Below are positions 38,592 through 49,325 of a stretch of 64,000 bases of DNA, one piece after another. A program made the translations under genes and the position numbers. The stretch is from a virus (Duplodnaviria; Caudoviricetes): positions 1-64,000 of the IMG/VR virus record IMGVR_UViG_2974796443_000001. One strand, given 5' to 3'. Position 1 is the stretch's first letter; the number at the start of each line of letters is the position of its first letter. The notes beneath the pieces were generated by a model. That model was not told the origin of the DNA. It did not search any database and saw only the letters and a list, made by a program, of their open reading frames with translations.

Positions 38592-39089
38592 ATGGAAGCC
38601 GAGGAAGACAATTTAGATTTAAACAAGATAGTTAAATATCTTAGTGGGAGTAACTCGATACAAGATATCCAAGAGTCCGATAAACTTGCTCTCTTATTAA
38701 GAAACTATTCTAAAGCAGGTAATGCTTATCTTGCAATGATGGTATATAAAACCATGGAGCGTGTTAGTAGAATGATGACTGCCCTAGATTTCCTAGAAGC
38801 CAAACTCTACTCTCAAGCTGAATTAGATAAGATGTGGGACCCTGAACAAATGTCTGAGTTAATCGTTCAGATAAATAATACAATGAATAATGGCATAAAC
38901 TTCATTATGCAAATGTCATCTAAACGTATTGAAAACAAGTATAAAGCTACTAACTTCAATTTCAATATTAATACCTTCACTAATGTAGAGACAACTGATA
39001 ACGCCAAGTTATTGGATTCTACCCAACGTCAGAATATGAGAGACTTAGTTGAAAAAGTTAAAGCATCGATAATGGATGGATCTAAGTAG
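38592..39089 (+). CDS. putative terminase small subunit
   Basis: Helical protein immediately upstream of TerL; ATG 38592. Confidence 0.5.
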   Translation: MEAEEDNLDLNKIVKYLSGSNSIQDIQESDKLALLLRNYSKAGNAYLAMMVYKTMERVSRMMTALDFLEAKLYSQAELDKMWDPEQMSELIVQINNTMNNGINFIMQMSSKRIENKYKATNFNFNINTFTNVETTDNAKLLDSTQRQNMRDLVEKVKASIMDGSK

Positions 39090-41085
39090 CCTACATCTCA
39101 ACCCAGATCAGAAAGCTGGTATTGAGAAAATCCTAATACAGGATAAACACCTAGATAGAGTATTCTATGACACTCTTAGTCAACACGAGAAAGATGAGTT
39201 CTTAGGAATAATGCTTCAGTTGATAGACAAAGGGGAGTCTACGAAACTCAATACTTTATGGGAATTGGATTATGAAGTTAAACCCGTAGGTATTGAAGAA
39301 TTCATTCAAGATGAGTATTTCCTTGGAAGAATATTAGGGAAAGGTATGTATCCTGGATGGAAGGAACACGTATATAATATAGCCAACCCCGCTAATAATA
39401 TTACTTTCGCCTGTTTTACCGGAGCGATTGGATTAGGAAAATCTTATATTGCTACTTCTCTTATGCAGTATGATTTATACAAGTTACTATGTTTGAGAGA
39501 CCCTCAGAAGTTTTACTCTCTACCTAACACTAAGATTCGATTTGCTATTTTTAATATTACATTAGACTTGGCGGGTGATGTAGGTTTGGAACTTTGGACT
39601 AATGCTATTAGAAGCAGTCCTTACTTTCAAGAGATAGCTTCAATCGATCCTACTTATGGAGGAATAACTCTCCCTAAGAATGTTGATATAGCAGTAGGGT
39701 CTAACTTCACCCACGCCTTAGGTCAAGCTATCTTCTCTAGTTTCTTAGATGAGGTTAACTTCTCGAACAACGCTGAGAAGATGCTTAATAACTTTAATGC
39801 TCTACTTAGAAGGATGGAATCTAGATTTAGGTCTCCTGATGGTAGGATACCAGGAACTTTCTACTTAGTATCATCTAAGAAATCTGGTAGTGACTTCTTG
39901 GAGGGGTACATACGTAAGAATAAAAACCGTGAAGGTACCTACGTAGTAGATCAACCTATCTGGAAGATTAAGACTCATAGATATGATAGCGAGGTAGATC
40001 GTCAAATTAACTTGTACCCTAGTGGGAAAGAGTTTAGAGTTCTTGTAGGTGACGAATCGACTGACCCTAGAATTTTAAGACCTGACGAGTTACTAGGTAG
40101 TACTCAACGTATCCTAGATGTTCCTATTGAGCACCAAGATGCATTTGAGCGTGATATAACAAACTCCCTTAGAGATATTGCAGGGGTATCTGTTTATGAT
40201 GAACAAACGTATATTGTTAATAGGGATGCAGTTAGAGCTTCATTTAAAGAAGAATGCTATAATCCATTCCCTGCATTACTTAAATTACCTTTCGATCCTG
40301 AAGGAGACCAGATAATATCATTAGTAGACAACGTTTATTTAAAAAGGTTGTATAGCGAAACCTCTACTATTAAAAGATCGATCCACGTCGATGTTGCGGT
40401 ATCTGGGGATAAGTTAGGTATTAGTATGGGGCATATTAGTGCACTTAGAGAAATTAAGAGAACTAATATTAATCTTGAGGAGACTGAAACAATAGAGCCT
40501 TTAATTAAATATGACTTCATTGCTAGGATAGGTTATCTAGATGGGGAGCAAATTCCTCTATTTAAAATAACTAGATTTATAAATGATTTAATAAAAGGAA
40601 TTGGATTTGATATATCTGTTATTACTTTTGATGGATACCAGAGTACTTACATGGTTCAGTTACTTAATGCTAATGGACATAACGCTAAGGTGTTATCTGT
40701 AGATAGAACTTCAGATGCTTATGACACTCTTAAGAATGCTATCTACGAAGATAGAGTCTCAATGCCACCATCGGAGAAAGCCCTTATTGAACTTCTTTCG
40801 TTAGTTAAAGATAACAAGACTAATAAGGTAGATCACCGAGATGAGAATATAGATCAATCTGAGGGGTCTAAGGATGTTGCGGATTCACTTGCAGGCGTTG
40901 CCTTTAACTTACATAGAGAAGATGAGTTCATTAACTCATATAGAGAAATATCCCCAGCTGACTATATTGCTAGCTTAGAGGAAATGATGCAAGACCAATT
41001 AGCTGCTAGGTATAATAGACCTAAGTCAGTTCACGAATTAATGAGCGATCCTGAAGAGGATATAGATGAGGACGGTGAGTGGTAG
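39076..41085 (+). CDS. terL: terminase large subunit
   Basis: Walker A GAIGLGKS, Walker B FLDE, nuclease HVDVA, TFDGYQS, KVDH..SKDVADS. Confidence 0.92.
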   Translation: MDLSSLHLNPDQKAGIEKILIQDKHLDRVFYDTLSQHEKDEFLGIMLQLIDKGESTKLNTLWELDYEVKPVGIEEFIQDEYFLGRILGKGMYPGWKEHVYNIANPANNITFACFTGAIGLGKSYIATSLMQYDLYKLLCLRDPQKFYSLPNTKIRFAIFNITLDLAGDVGLELWTNAIRSSPYFQEIASIDPTYGGITLPKNVDIAVGSNFTHALGQAIFSSFLDEVNFSNNAEKMLNNFNALLRRMESRFRSPDGRIPGTFYLVSSKKSGSDFLEGYIRKNKNREGTYVVDQPIWKIKTHRYDSEVDRQINLYPSGKEFRVLVGDESTDPRILRPDELLGSTQRILDVPIEHQDAFERDITNSLRDIAGVSVYDEQTYIVNRDAVRASFKEECYNPFPALLKLPFDPEGDQIISLVDNVYLKRLYSETSTIKRSIHVDVAVSGDKLGISMGHISALREIKRTNINLEETETIEPLIKYDFIARIGYLDGEQIPLFKITRFINDLIKGIGFDISVITFDGYQSTYMVQLLNANGHNAKVLSVDRTSDAYDTLKNAIYEDRVSMPPSEKALIELLSLVKDNKTNKVDHRDENIDQSEGSKDVADSLAGVAFNLHREDEFINSYREISPADYIASLEEMMQDQLAARYNRPKSVHELMSDPEEDIDEDGEW

Positions 41086-41141
41086 ATTCTTCCTCGTCCC
41101 GAATTTCTTTTAAACCAAATTTGAATTAAAACTTAGTAATT

Positions 41142-41726
41142 ATGGAAAACACCACACAAGAAACTCTTCCAACAACTTCGGTTAAGTCAACCCTTTTGAA
41201 AGCGTTAGAACTACACGCAATCGCGGAAGACATGTCTGAACAAATTGTTGCCAAGGTCGGTGAAACTAAAAACCTTGAAGAATTAGTAAAATCGTCAACA
41301 ACCGTTTTAAATGAAACGTGGAACGACGAAGTCTTCACTAGCTCTATTGTCTCTACAGTAATTGCTCTTGAGGAAAACGCTGAGGCGTATGAAAGAATTT
41401 ATCCTAACTTCAGTACCCCACCTCCTGCGACTAAAAAGAAAGCAGCTAGCGGTGGTTCAAAGTCTTCAACACCTAAGAAGCCTGTTGTTGATCTGGAGTT
41501 CCCTATTAAAGTTGACTTGGAAGCTAAGTCTTTCGCAACTGGAAAAGAATTATTAGAAGCTTGTCAGAAGATTGTTGCCGACGGTAAATCTCCTAACTTC
41601 CAAACTTTGTCTGAGCACTTCGGTGTTTCTGAAGGACGAATTGGAACCTTAGTTGACAAGACTACTAACCTAACAATGTCCCAATTTGTAAGGAACGAAG
41701 TGTGGTTGGATGGTAGATATGAGTAA
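41142..41726 (+). CDS. protein with C-terminal HTH
   Basis: FQTLSEHFGVSEGRI; own late motif (41108) and terminator. Confidence 0.55.
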   Translation: MENTTQETLPTTSVKSTLLKALELHAIAEDMSEQIVAKVGETKNLEELVKSSTTVLNETWNDEVFTSSIVSTVIALEENAEAYERIYPNFSTPPPATKKKAASGGSKSSTPKKPVVDLEFPIKVDLEAKSFATGKELLEACQKIVADGKSPNFQTLSEHFGVSEGRIGTLVDKTTNLTMSQFVRNEVWLDGRYE

Positions 41727-41743
41727 TTTATCTTAAATTCATT

Positions 41744-41770
41744 AAAGGTGACTCTAACGGGTCACCTTTT
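41744..41770 (+). terminator. intrinsic terminator
   Basis: AAAGGTGACTC-loop-GGGTCACCTTTT. Confidence 0.85.
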
Positions 41771-41822
41771 ATTATTTTCAATTTGTAGTTTATTTTATTA
41801 CTTTTAATCCAAAGTTTATTTT

Positions 41823-43415
41823 ATGGCAAAAGGCGCAGGATTCGGTCTTCCTGGAATTTTCCAAAATCTTAAACCAAAGAGGGTTGATCCTCTTGTTGAT
41901 GATTCTGAAAATGACGGACTAGGCGGAGGTAATTTGGAACAAGAGCTATTAGGCTCCATTGTACCTACCCACAAGCGTTCAATAATTTATATGGACGCTG
42001 ACTTTGTAGATGCTTCAGATGAAGACGTTAGTAGCTTCCTGAGTGACATCTCTATTGATGCTACCCAGTACTCAGCTACAACTAACTCTTGTATATGGCC
42101 AACCTCGAATGATAAAGACCTAGAAATAATTATAAGTGACTTACTTAAGAATCTTAGAATTGAATATAGAGCTCAATCTATTGTTAGGGATATTGCTAAA
42201 TACGGAGATAAGTTCGGCAGACTTATTATTGATCCTAGCAAAGGGGTTATAGGTATTAAATTAAATATCCATCCTAAGGATATGGTTCGCTTAGAATACG
42301 GTGGACAATTAATTGGATTCTTCAAAGTTGGTGATGAAGCAGCTCTTGAGAAATATGAAGTAGTTCATTGGATGAACCCTTCTGAATTTGTCGAGGATGA
42401 TATTCTTAAAACCAACCCAATTATTAAAGATAAATATCTTGTTGATAGAGACCCGTCTTATGGGTTCTCCTCTATCTTCAGAGTTATCAGTATTTCAAAG
42501 AGACTAAAATATACTCTTGATGCATTAACTATGGGTAGGATGGCTAAGTCCAAATCTTTCCGTACTCACTATGTAGAGGTAGGTAAAGCCACTGCTGGAG
42601 AGAGAGTTAAGCTAATGAGAACTTATCGTAAGGTATGGAATAGGACTTCAGGGGGTTCTTACGGTGGAGGGGCTAAGGATGCCTTTTCTCGTGAGGGTGA
42701 CTTCTCCTATGAAGTAGACAAGATGTTTCCCGTATCTGACGGTAAGGGAACTTCTTCTATCTCTAATGTTGGAGGTGACTTAGATATTACAGGAATAGCT
42801 GATATAGAATACTACGATAAAAAGAAACAACAACTTTTAAGTCAGCCTGAGGGGTTCAATACTGCAACCCGACTTAAGGAGGATACTAAGTATGCTAGAA
42901 TAGTATCTTCATATCAACGTTCATTCTTAGAGGGTGTTTATCAGTTAATAGATGTTCACTTGGATATCTTAGGAATATATGAGGAAAAGCGAAAGTACGT
43001 ACTTAACATTGTAGAAGTAGATACTTTTACTCAAGTTGAGAGAAACGATGTGTTATCTTCTTCTATCGAGTTTATTGAGAGAGTTATGCAACTATCTAAT
43101 ATAGAAGGAGTTAATCTTAATGCTAATTACTTGTTTAAATATCTTATTACTAATTATGTTAAATTCCCTGGATTGAACTTTGATGCTTTAATAACTGAAG
43201 CACCTGAAGGAGAACCTTTAGATAAGAATGAGGAGGAAGCGTTAGATGAAGCTATCAATACAGTAGAAGCTCTTATAGAATCTAGTCCAACAATACGAGA
43301 ACGGTTAAGTAAATTAAATGAAACAACATCTGCCAAGCTTTCAACTCTAAGTGATTTTAATCCTAAGAGTCATGTTAAGTCCTCAGATAAAAAATTAACA
43401 GACCATGAGAAGTGA
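41823..43415 (+). CDS. portal protein (T4 gp20-like)
   Basis: Position and size; RDIAKYGDKF, VVHW, YGFS, DIEYY motifs. Confidence 0.85.
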   Translation: MAKGAGFGLPGIFQNLKPKRVDPLVDDSENDGLGGGNLEQELLGSIVPTHKRSIIYMDADFVDASDEDVSSFLSDISIDATQYSATTNSCIWPTSNDKDLEIIISDLLKNLRIEYRAQSIVRDIAKYGDKFGRLIIDPSKGVIGIKLNIHPKDMVRLEYGGQLIGFFKVGDEAALEKYEVVHWMNPSEFVEDDILKTNPIIKDKYLVDRDPSYGFSSIFRVISISKRLKYTLDALTMGRMAKSKSFRTHYVEVGKATAGERVKLMRTYRKVWNRTSGGSYGGGAKDAFSREGDFSYEVDKMFPVSDGKGTSSISNVGGDLDITGIADIEYYDKKKQQLLSQPEGFNTATRLKEDTKYARIVSSYQRSFLEGVYQLIDVHLDILGIYEEKRKYVLNIVEVDTFTQVERNDVLSSSIEFIERVMQLSNIEGVNLNANYLFKYLITNYVKFPGLNFDALITEAPEGEPLDKNEEEALDEAINTVEALIESSPTIRERLSKLNETTSAKLSTLSDFNPKSHVKSSDKKLTDHEK

Positions 43416-44145
43416 GTTAATGGATAGATTCTCTGAGATTATCCCCATTGGGACTAATAAGAAATTAGAGTATAGTTTCAAAGAGTCTATCAATATTTAT
43501 AGTATACTAGAGAGCAACAAGGGGCTTGATCCTATTATGGAAAGTCTTGCTAAGATTTATAATGAGACTTTTACCCATGCTCAACATTCTGATATCGCTA
43601 TCATCAATGAGAGTATTACAGTTTTCTTAGAATCCAACTACGAACAGTTAACTGAGGTTACCTTCAAGAAGAAGAAACGTAAGAAGAGACCTAACTCAGC
43701 TTTATCTAGAGTTGCTAAACAAAGGTGGCGAAAGAATAAGACTAGTTACAAGAAAGGTCTGAAGAAGTTTCACAAATCATCTAAGGGTAAGACCTATCAT
43801 AAAGCTCTTAGTCGATTCAACAAAAGAAATAGTAATAAAAAGGAGGGGGTTAATGATATAACTTTCAATGATATTACTGAGCTGATAATTGCTATATCCT
43901 CAGCGTTCACTAATGTATTATTATATATTAATGAGCAAACAGAAGCTAGCGAGGATTTTGACGCTATTGAATTAATAGACGTATTACGTGAAATTCAAAA
44001 CATGTCAATTGAAGAATTGTTAACCGAGTACAATTCTGAATCCAAAGAATACCTTGACTCGGTGGTTAGTGAGGTAACTGATTTATTTTTAGATATAGTT
44101 ACCGAGTATGAATTTTACCCTTATGAAGATAACGATGAAGAATAA
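43405..44145 (+). CDS. prohead core protein (acidic ends, very basic centre)
   Basis: Lies between portal and protease; KKKKRKKR tract; many (I/L/M)xE sites. Confidence 0.55.
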   Translation: MRSELMDRFSEIIPIGTNKKLEYSFKESINIYSILESNKGLDPIMESLAKIYNETFTHAQHSDIAIINESITVFLESNYEQLTEVTFKKKKRKKRPNSALSRVAKQRWRKNKTSYKKGLKKFHKSSKGKTYHKALSRFNKRNSNKKEGVNDITFNDITELIIAISSAFTNVLLYINEQTEASEDFDAIELIDVLREIQNMSIEELLTEYNSESKEYLDSVVSEVTDLFLDIVTEYEFYPYEDNDEE

Positions 44146-44146
44146 C

Positions 44147-45445
44147 ATGTTAAAAGATTCCTTAGGTGTTAGTATGAAAGTACTATCTGAAGGAACTAGT
44201 ACAGATGTGCTTCAACCTGTTTATCTCCAGTGCATTGCGATTACCCCAGATATACCTAATAACAACGGGCGGATTTACGAGGAGGAACTAGTAGATAAGA
44301 TTTTAGCTACAAGAATGTCTCCTGATCAACTTAAGTCCAACCCTTTGTTTATGGAAATAGTTCATCCTGCTGAAGATCAGACAGGAGAAATTAATTCTGA
44401 AAGGATCGCTGCTCAGATTATTAAAGCATGGAAAGCTCCTAGTAATGAGCTTGTTGTTTTAATTGAGTTACTGCCTGAGATAGGTAATGTTGGAGCGAAA
44501 GTTTTGTATAACCTAGTAGTTAAAAGGAACGCTGTTCCTGGAATTAGCATTAGAGGATTTGGAAAATACCGTAGAGGGAATACTGTAGACACTGCGAGCT
44601 ACAAATTCGTTACTATTGATATTACGTTCAATCCGTCTAATATAGCTAGCTTTGCCCAGAAGCTTAATAGTACTGAGGCATTGGACATCTCTGAATACAT
44701 AGGAGAAAGCACTGAGGAAGAGTTAATGTCCTTGAGTGAATCATTTAAAGCGGGAGACAAATCCCTAGTAAAACTAATTGAAAATAAAAACGCAAACGTT
44801 AAAAACAGTAACAAGATGGAAGACCCTAATAAAGAATTACTAGAAAAGGTTGCTGACCTTTCTGGTAAGTTAGCTAAGTCGGAAAGTGAGAACGAGCAAT
44901 TGAAGAAAGAATCTTCAGATGTTAAGGAAGAACTTGCCGCTAAAACAGAATCATTAAAAACCGTTGAAGGTCATTACGCTAAGTGTTTAGCTATTACCGA
45001 ATCAGTTATTGATGAATTAAAGATTTCAGACCAATCTCGTGTTGACCTAGAAGTGCAGGTAGAGAGTTTGAATGATACCAATAAAGTTTTGACTGAAAGT
45101 CTTAAAACAACTGAAGCGCATTACAATAAGTCAGTGGCGGTTATCTCTACCATTAACGAAAGTGTGCAGCATAATAAAGTTGTTGAGATGGTTGAATCTA
45201 AACTTGGTGAGGGTGCTTATGAAAAGTACTCTAACCTTTTTGAAAACACTTCATATCAAAAAGCTGAGACCCTAGTGACTGCTCTTTCTGAGAACAGTAA
45301 GCCTACAGTAACAAAGCCTTTCGTTGAGCAATTCCGTAATGGAGCTGCTGCTGAAGGAGCTGATGCTGCTGAGGGTTTAGAGAACTTGACTGAGAGCGAG
45401 AAAGTTGATTATGAAAGACGTAAATTCCTTTACGCTCAAGACTAA
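44147..45445 (+). CDS. prohead protease (gp21-like) fused to scaffold
   Basis: NNNGRIY, EIVHP, GISIRG, TIDITFNPS; C-terminal coiled coil. Confidence 0.88.
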   Translation: MLKDSLGVSMKVLSEGTSTDVLQPVYLQCIAITPDIPNNNGRIYEEELVDKILATRMSPDQLKSNPLFMEIVHPAEDQTGEINSERIAAQIIKAWKAPSNELVVLIELLPEIGNVGAKVLYNLVVKRNAVPGISIRGFGKYRRGNTVDTASYKFVTIDITFNPSNIASFAQKLNSTEALDISEYIGESTEEELMSLSESFKAGDKSLVKLIENKNANVKNSNKMEDPNKELLEKVADLSGKLAKSESENEQLKKESSDVKEELAAKTESLKTVEGHYAKCLAITESVIDELKISDQSRVDLEVQVESLNDTNKVLTESLKTTEAHYNKSVAVISTINESVQHNKVVEMVESKLGEGAYEKYSNLFENTSYQKAETLVTALSENSKPTVTKPFVEQFRNGAAAEGADAAEGLENLTESEKVDYERRKFLYAQD

Positions 45446-45485
45446 TCAGTTAATTGTTTAATTAATTTGAAATCTTAATAAAAAG

Positions 45486-46910
45486 ATGAAATACGAAAAT
45501 AGAATGACGGAAGTTCTTACCGAAGCTCAAAAGCACACTGCTGGGCTTAGAGGTAAGTACGCCAAGTACATGAATCCATTGACTGAGTCTTTGGCTTCTA
45601 AGAAACGTAGGCTTGATCCTATGTTAGAGGCAACTATGTTGCAATTGTTAAATAAGCTTGATGATGATTTAGCGATCATGGAAGCTACTAATTCCGGTAT
45701 GGTTGGTTCTTTTATCCAGCATGGTTATGATTTGATCATGGCTACTTACCCGAATTTAGTTACAGCTCAGATTGCTTCTATCCAGCCTTTGTTTTATAAG
45801 ACTGGTGAAATCTGGTTCTTATCTGCAGTTTCAGATAAAGCTAAAGGTACTGAAGTAGCGGGAACTAAGTTCTTCGATGCTAAGCAAGGTACTAGAATCA
45901 ATAAGCTTTACTCTTCTGAGTATATCGATGCTGTTGATGATGGTGATGCAACAGTTACGACTTTTAACTTTGCTTATGGTGCTGAGCTTCGCACAAATGT
46001 TGGTGATGACTTCGTTGTTGTTACTGATGGTGTTGAAACTTTTACAGTTGACCCTTCTGATAACACTAAGCTTATTGGTTCTGAGGGTGGTGCTGGTACT
46101 ATCAATGCTGCTACTGGTGCAGTTGCTGTTACTTTCGATACTGCTCCTGCAGTTGGGACTGGTAATGTTGTTGCAACAGCGAAAGTTTATTTTGAAAAAG
46201 AGCCTGATCAAATCGGTCAAGTTCGTATTGACTTGGTTTCTGAGCCTATTTCTGCTCAAGAGCATAAGTTAATTACTCAATATACATTGAATGCTGAATT
46301 CGACCTAAACCGTCAATTCAAAATGTCATTGTCTGATGAGTTGATCAAAATGACTTCTGCTCAAATTAGAGCTGAGATCGATCAATTATGTTTAGATCAA
46401 ATTAAGGCAGCTGCTAAAGGTAATGGTACTACTTCTTGGAGTGCTACTGTTCCTTCAGGAGTATCTGAAACTGAACACTTCAGAAGTATCTTGACTGCTT
46501 TCCAAAGACAGTCTAACCAAATTTATAAGAACACTCACATGGCTGAGGGTACTTTTATCATAACTGGTTTAGATGCTGCTACTATTATAGAGACGTTGCC
46601 ATCTTACCGAAGAATTGCTAAGTCAAGTGATTCAGGTAAGTCTGGACCTTACGTTGCTGGTGAAGTTGGGGATTACTTACATGTTAAGAATCCTTACTAC
46701 CTTGATACTGAATGGGTAATGGGAAGTAAAGGGAACTCTGTTTTCTCTACTGGTTTTATCTTAGCTCCATATTCTGGACTTATGGTAACTCCTCCTGCTA
46801 CTGATGCTAATGACCCGTTCACTATTTCTAGAGGACTTTGGTTACAAGCTGGTAGAAAGGTTGTTAATAAGTTCTTCTACGCTTACGGTGTAGTTACGAA
46901 CTTTAACTAA
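45486..46910 (+). CDS. major capsid protein (T4 gp23-like)
   Basis: PNLV..QIASIQP..TG.I; IRAEIDQ; GFILAPY; IME/AT propeptide junction at residue 66. Confidence 0.93.
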   Translation: MKYENRMTEVLTEAQKHTAGLRGKYAKYMNPLTESLASKKRRLDPMLEATMLQLLNKLDDDLAIMEATNSGMVGSFIQHGYDLIMATYPNLVTAQIASIQPLFYKTGEIWFLSAVSDKAKGTEVAGTKFFDAKQGTRINKLYSSEYIDAVDDGDATVTTFNFAYGAELRTNVGDDFVVVTDGVETFTVDPSDNTKLIGSEGGAGTINAATGAVAVTFDTAPAVGTGNVVATAKVYFEKEPDQIGQVRIDLVSEPISAQEHKLITQYTLNAEFDLNRQFKMSLSDELIKMTSAQIRAEIDQLCLDQIKAAAKGNGTTSWSATVPSGVSETEHFRSILTAFQRQSNQIYKNTHMAEGTFIITGLDAATIIETLPSYRRIAKSSDSGKSGPYVAGEVGDYLHVKNPYYLDTEWVMGSKGNSVFSTGFILAPYSGLMVTPPATDANDPFTISRGLWLQAGRKVVNKFFYAYGVVTNFN

Positions 46911-46923
46911 TCATTAATTAATC

Positions 46924-46956
46924 AAAGGGTGCCTGTTTAATACACGCACCCTTTTT
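46924..46956 (+). terminator. intrinsic terminator
   Basis: AAAGGGTGC..GCACCCTTTTT. Confidence 0.8.
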
Positions 46957-46968
46957 AAATTCTAAATA

Positions 46969-47580
46969 ATGGCAAATTATAAATTAACATCAAAAGTGAA
47001 TCACCCGCTATCTATTAGTGCGGCTCACGCTAGCCTTAGGCTAAGCTTAGATCCATTAGGGACTAAGACAAAAGAATTAACCAGTGAAGCGGTTTCCTAC
47101 CTTAAGAAGTACTTTCCAGGTATTGAGGTTACTAAAGTAGCTGACACTCCTGTTAAGACAAAAACTCCAGCTAAAGTAGTTCCTATTTCTAATACTGTTA
47201 AAGTAACTAAAGAGGGTGGTGATGTCGATCCTAATGCAGGTGATGTCGATCCTAATGCAGGTGATGTCGATCCTAATGCAGGTGATGTCGATCCTAATGC
47301 AGGTGATGTCGATCCTAATGCAGGTGATGTCGATCCTAATGCAGGTGATGTCGATCCTAATGCAGGTGATGTCGATCCTAATGCTGAGGAAGAGGAAGCT
47401 CCTATTGAATTCTCATTAGAGCAAGTAGGCGGTAAGTCAACTGAGTTACTAGCTCCTGATGCTATTAAAGCCTTAGATACAATTGCAGAGAATGATATTA
47501 CATTAATTGATGTATTTGTTGAAGGAGATAAAAGAGTTACAATTACTGAAAAAGTTCAATCTTTGAAAGCTACTGAATAA
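46969..47580 (+). CDS. head-associated protein with GDVDPNA repeats
   Basis: Follows the major capsid gene; internal heptapeptide repeat. Confidence 0.65.
   Translation: MANYKLTSKVNHPLSISAAHASLRLSLDPLGTKTKELTSEAVSYLKKYFPGIEVTKVADTPVKTKTPAKVVPISNTVKVTKEGGDVDPNAGDVDPNAGDVDPNAGDVDPNAGDVDPNAGDVDPNAGDVDPNAGDVDPNAEEEEAPIEFSLEQVGGKSTELLAPDAIKALDTIAENDITLIDVFVEGDKRVTITEKVQSLKATE
47218..47385 (+). repeat. tandem repeat, 8 x 21 bp
   Basis: GGTGATGTCGATCCTAATGCA x7 plus one copy ending GCT. Confidence 0.98.
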
Positions 47581-48458
47581 TGGCTTCTAGTAAAAGTAGA
47601 AAAAGAGGTAGAACCCTAGCTCAGATTGTGGAGGTAATCCGCAAAGAGTTAGGGTCTTCTATTGTACATATTGAGGTTAATAATGATGACATAGAAGAAT
47701 TTGTTCTTGACTCTCTGCTTACTGTTAGTCAGTATAAGCCTAGAGTTCACACCACCACTGTTTATCTAAATGGTGAAGCGGGAGAAATAGTAGCTGAGGA
47801 AGTAGATTTCGATCCGTCATGGAAAGTAGGAGACAAGCCTTTAGAATTTAAATCTAGAGAAGACGTAATATGCTTTCTTAATATTGAACCTCTTCAGGGA
47901 AGTGTCGGAGAAATAATAAACCCGTTTACTCATAATACAGGTCTTTATTTCTTTCCTACTTCTGCTCAAGCTAATAACAACCTAAATGCAGTCTCTAGTA
48001 TTATGGGAGACTTTATTAACTTTAAGATATTAGAAGCTGGGGTTGACTTAGCTCAAGCACAAGCGGATAGTGAGTTTGATTGGTGGGAAAACACTAATGA
48101 CTCATCTAGAGCTTTCTTTGCTAATGCTAAGACAACTAATAAAGCTAATATTACTTTAGGGTTAGAATGGTATCTAGGAGATTTTGATTATGAACTACCT
48201 GATGTTACATCTGAGGTAGGGACGCCTTTGATAAAAAAGGAACAAACTATTAAAGGTAATGTCTTCAATCATACTAAGAATCTTGCTAAGGCTAAAACCA
48301 TGCAGGCTATTGGTAGGATTAGAGGTAAATTAGAGGGAGGGTCAAATAGTACTCAATTAGACGGAGCATCTATTTTATCTGATGGTAATGAGTTAGAAGA
48401 AAAGGTAATGGAGTCATTAACAACTAATGTTGATTATTCTGCTGCCTACCAAGGTTGA
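47580..48458 (+). CDS. neck / head-tail adaptor (gp13-like)
   Basis: IRKELG..V.IE; AK.K...GRIRGK....QLDG..I..DG..LE. Confidence 0.75.
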   Translation: MASSKSRKRGRTLAQIVEVIRKELGSSIVHIEVNNDDIEEFVLDSLLTVSQYKPRVHTTTVYLNGEAGEIVAEEVDFDPSWKVGDKPLEFKSREDVICFLNIEPLQGSVGEIINPFTHNTGLYFFPTSAQANNNLNAVSSIMGDFINFKILEAGVDLAQAQADSEFDWWENTNDSSRAFFANAKTTNKANITLGLEWYLGDFDYELPDVTSEVGTPLIKKEQTIKGNVFNHTKNLAKAKTMQAIGRIRGKLEGGSNSTQLDGASILSDGNELEEKVMESLTTNVDYSAAYQG

Positions 48459-48479
48459 TTTTAAACTAAATTTTGAATT

Positions 48480-48980
48480 ATGGCAATGGAAGGAGCCAAA
48501 TACGGCAAAAAGAGAGAGGGTGAGGTTAAGCCCCAATTAGCAAAGATTTTTGAAAAGGAGGGATTCGTATTTCACGAACTACCTGATACTTTCAGAGCAA
48601 GGGGCGTAAGGATGCCCGCACAACCAAGTGACTTCATTGTTTTCTTTGAAGCTATGAGTGGATTCTATTTAGAGTTCAAAGTTGCATCTGACGAAAACCG
48701 TTGGACTAACAATGGCTTACAGAAGAAACAATGGGAAACTATTTGTGATTGTAAAAGAACAGGAGCTATGTACTTCGTTTTAATCGAATGTACTCAGAAT
48801 AAATGTTGGTACCTAACTCCAGGAAACTTTCTTCATGACTTTGAGGAAGAGAATAAAACTAAGTCTATTAACTGGAAACACTTTAAAGAGTTCCAAATTG
48901 ACAGTTTAACTCAGATTCCAGACAAAGTGTTTGAAACGGTTTCCGCAAACGAAGCTAATACATCTTCTAAAGGTGTTTAA
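48480..48980 (+). CDS. PD-(D/E)xK nuclease, RecU/Holliday-junction resolvase-like
   Basis: GK..E, LPD, PSDF, YLEFK, Q motifs. Confidence 0.75.
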   Translation: MAMEGAKYGKKREGEVKPQLAKIFEKEGFVFHELPDTFRARGVRMPAQPSDFIVFFEAMSGFYLEFKVASDENRWTNNGLQKKQWETICDCKRTGAMYFVLIECTQNKCWYLTPGNFLHDFEEENKTKSINWKHFKEFQIDSLTQIPDKVFETVSANEANTSSKGV

Positions 48981-49045
48981 AAGCGTTTTAAGCAATGTTA
49001 AATCCTCTTTGGGCGAAAGGTGCCCCAAGACCTAATAAATTCGTA
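48970..49045. repeat. dispersed intergenic element
   Basis: GTTTTAAGCAATGTT arm plus TTTGGGCGAAAGGTG core (49008). Confidence 0.8.
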
Positions 49046-49046
49046 A

Positions 49047-49325
49047 ATGAAACTTCAAAACATGATAGAATCCGTAATGACGGAAGCTGATATTATTGCC
49101 TCAGTAAAGCGAGGAAATCTTGGGGATCAACTCCGAGGACATCTTAAGAAGATGTACGATATAGATAGCTCTGATCTTACAGCAGGTGACCGTAATGGTA
49201 AAAAGGTACTTATCTATAGTGCAGTTAATCCTAAACAATCTACCCAAGATTTTTTAGCAGATGATTTTCTGTCTAACTATTTAATTATAGAACCTGGAAT
49301 TCCAACTACATTTTTAGCTGAGTAA
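49047..49325 (+). CDS. small protein with short tag
   Basis: MKLQNMIESVMTE. Confidence 0.6.
   Translation: MKLQNMIESVMTEADIIASVKRGNLGDQLRGHLKKMYDIDSSDLTAGDRNGKKVLIYSAVNPKQSTQDFLADDFLSNYLIIEPGIPTTFLAE

Noticed and set aside
45831-46272. Overlapping ORFs inside the major capsid gene
   Set aside because: Leu-rich or antisense shadow frames caused by NNT codon bias
47218-47385. Possible CRISPR array
   Set aside because: Head-to-tail repeats without spacers, in frame in a CDS; the alternative ORF 47216-47419 is a by-product of the repeat
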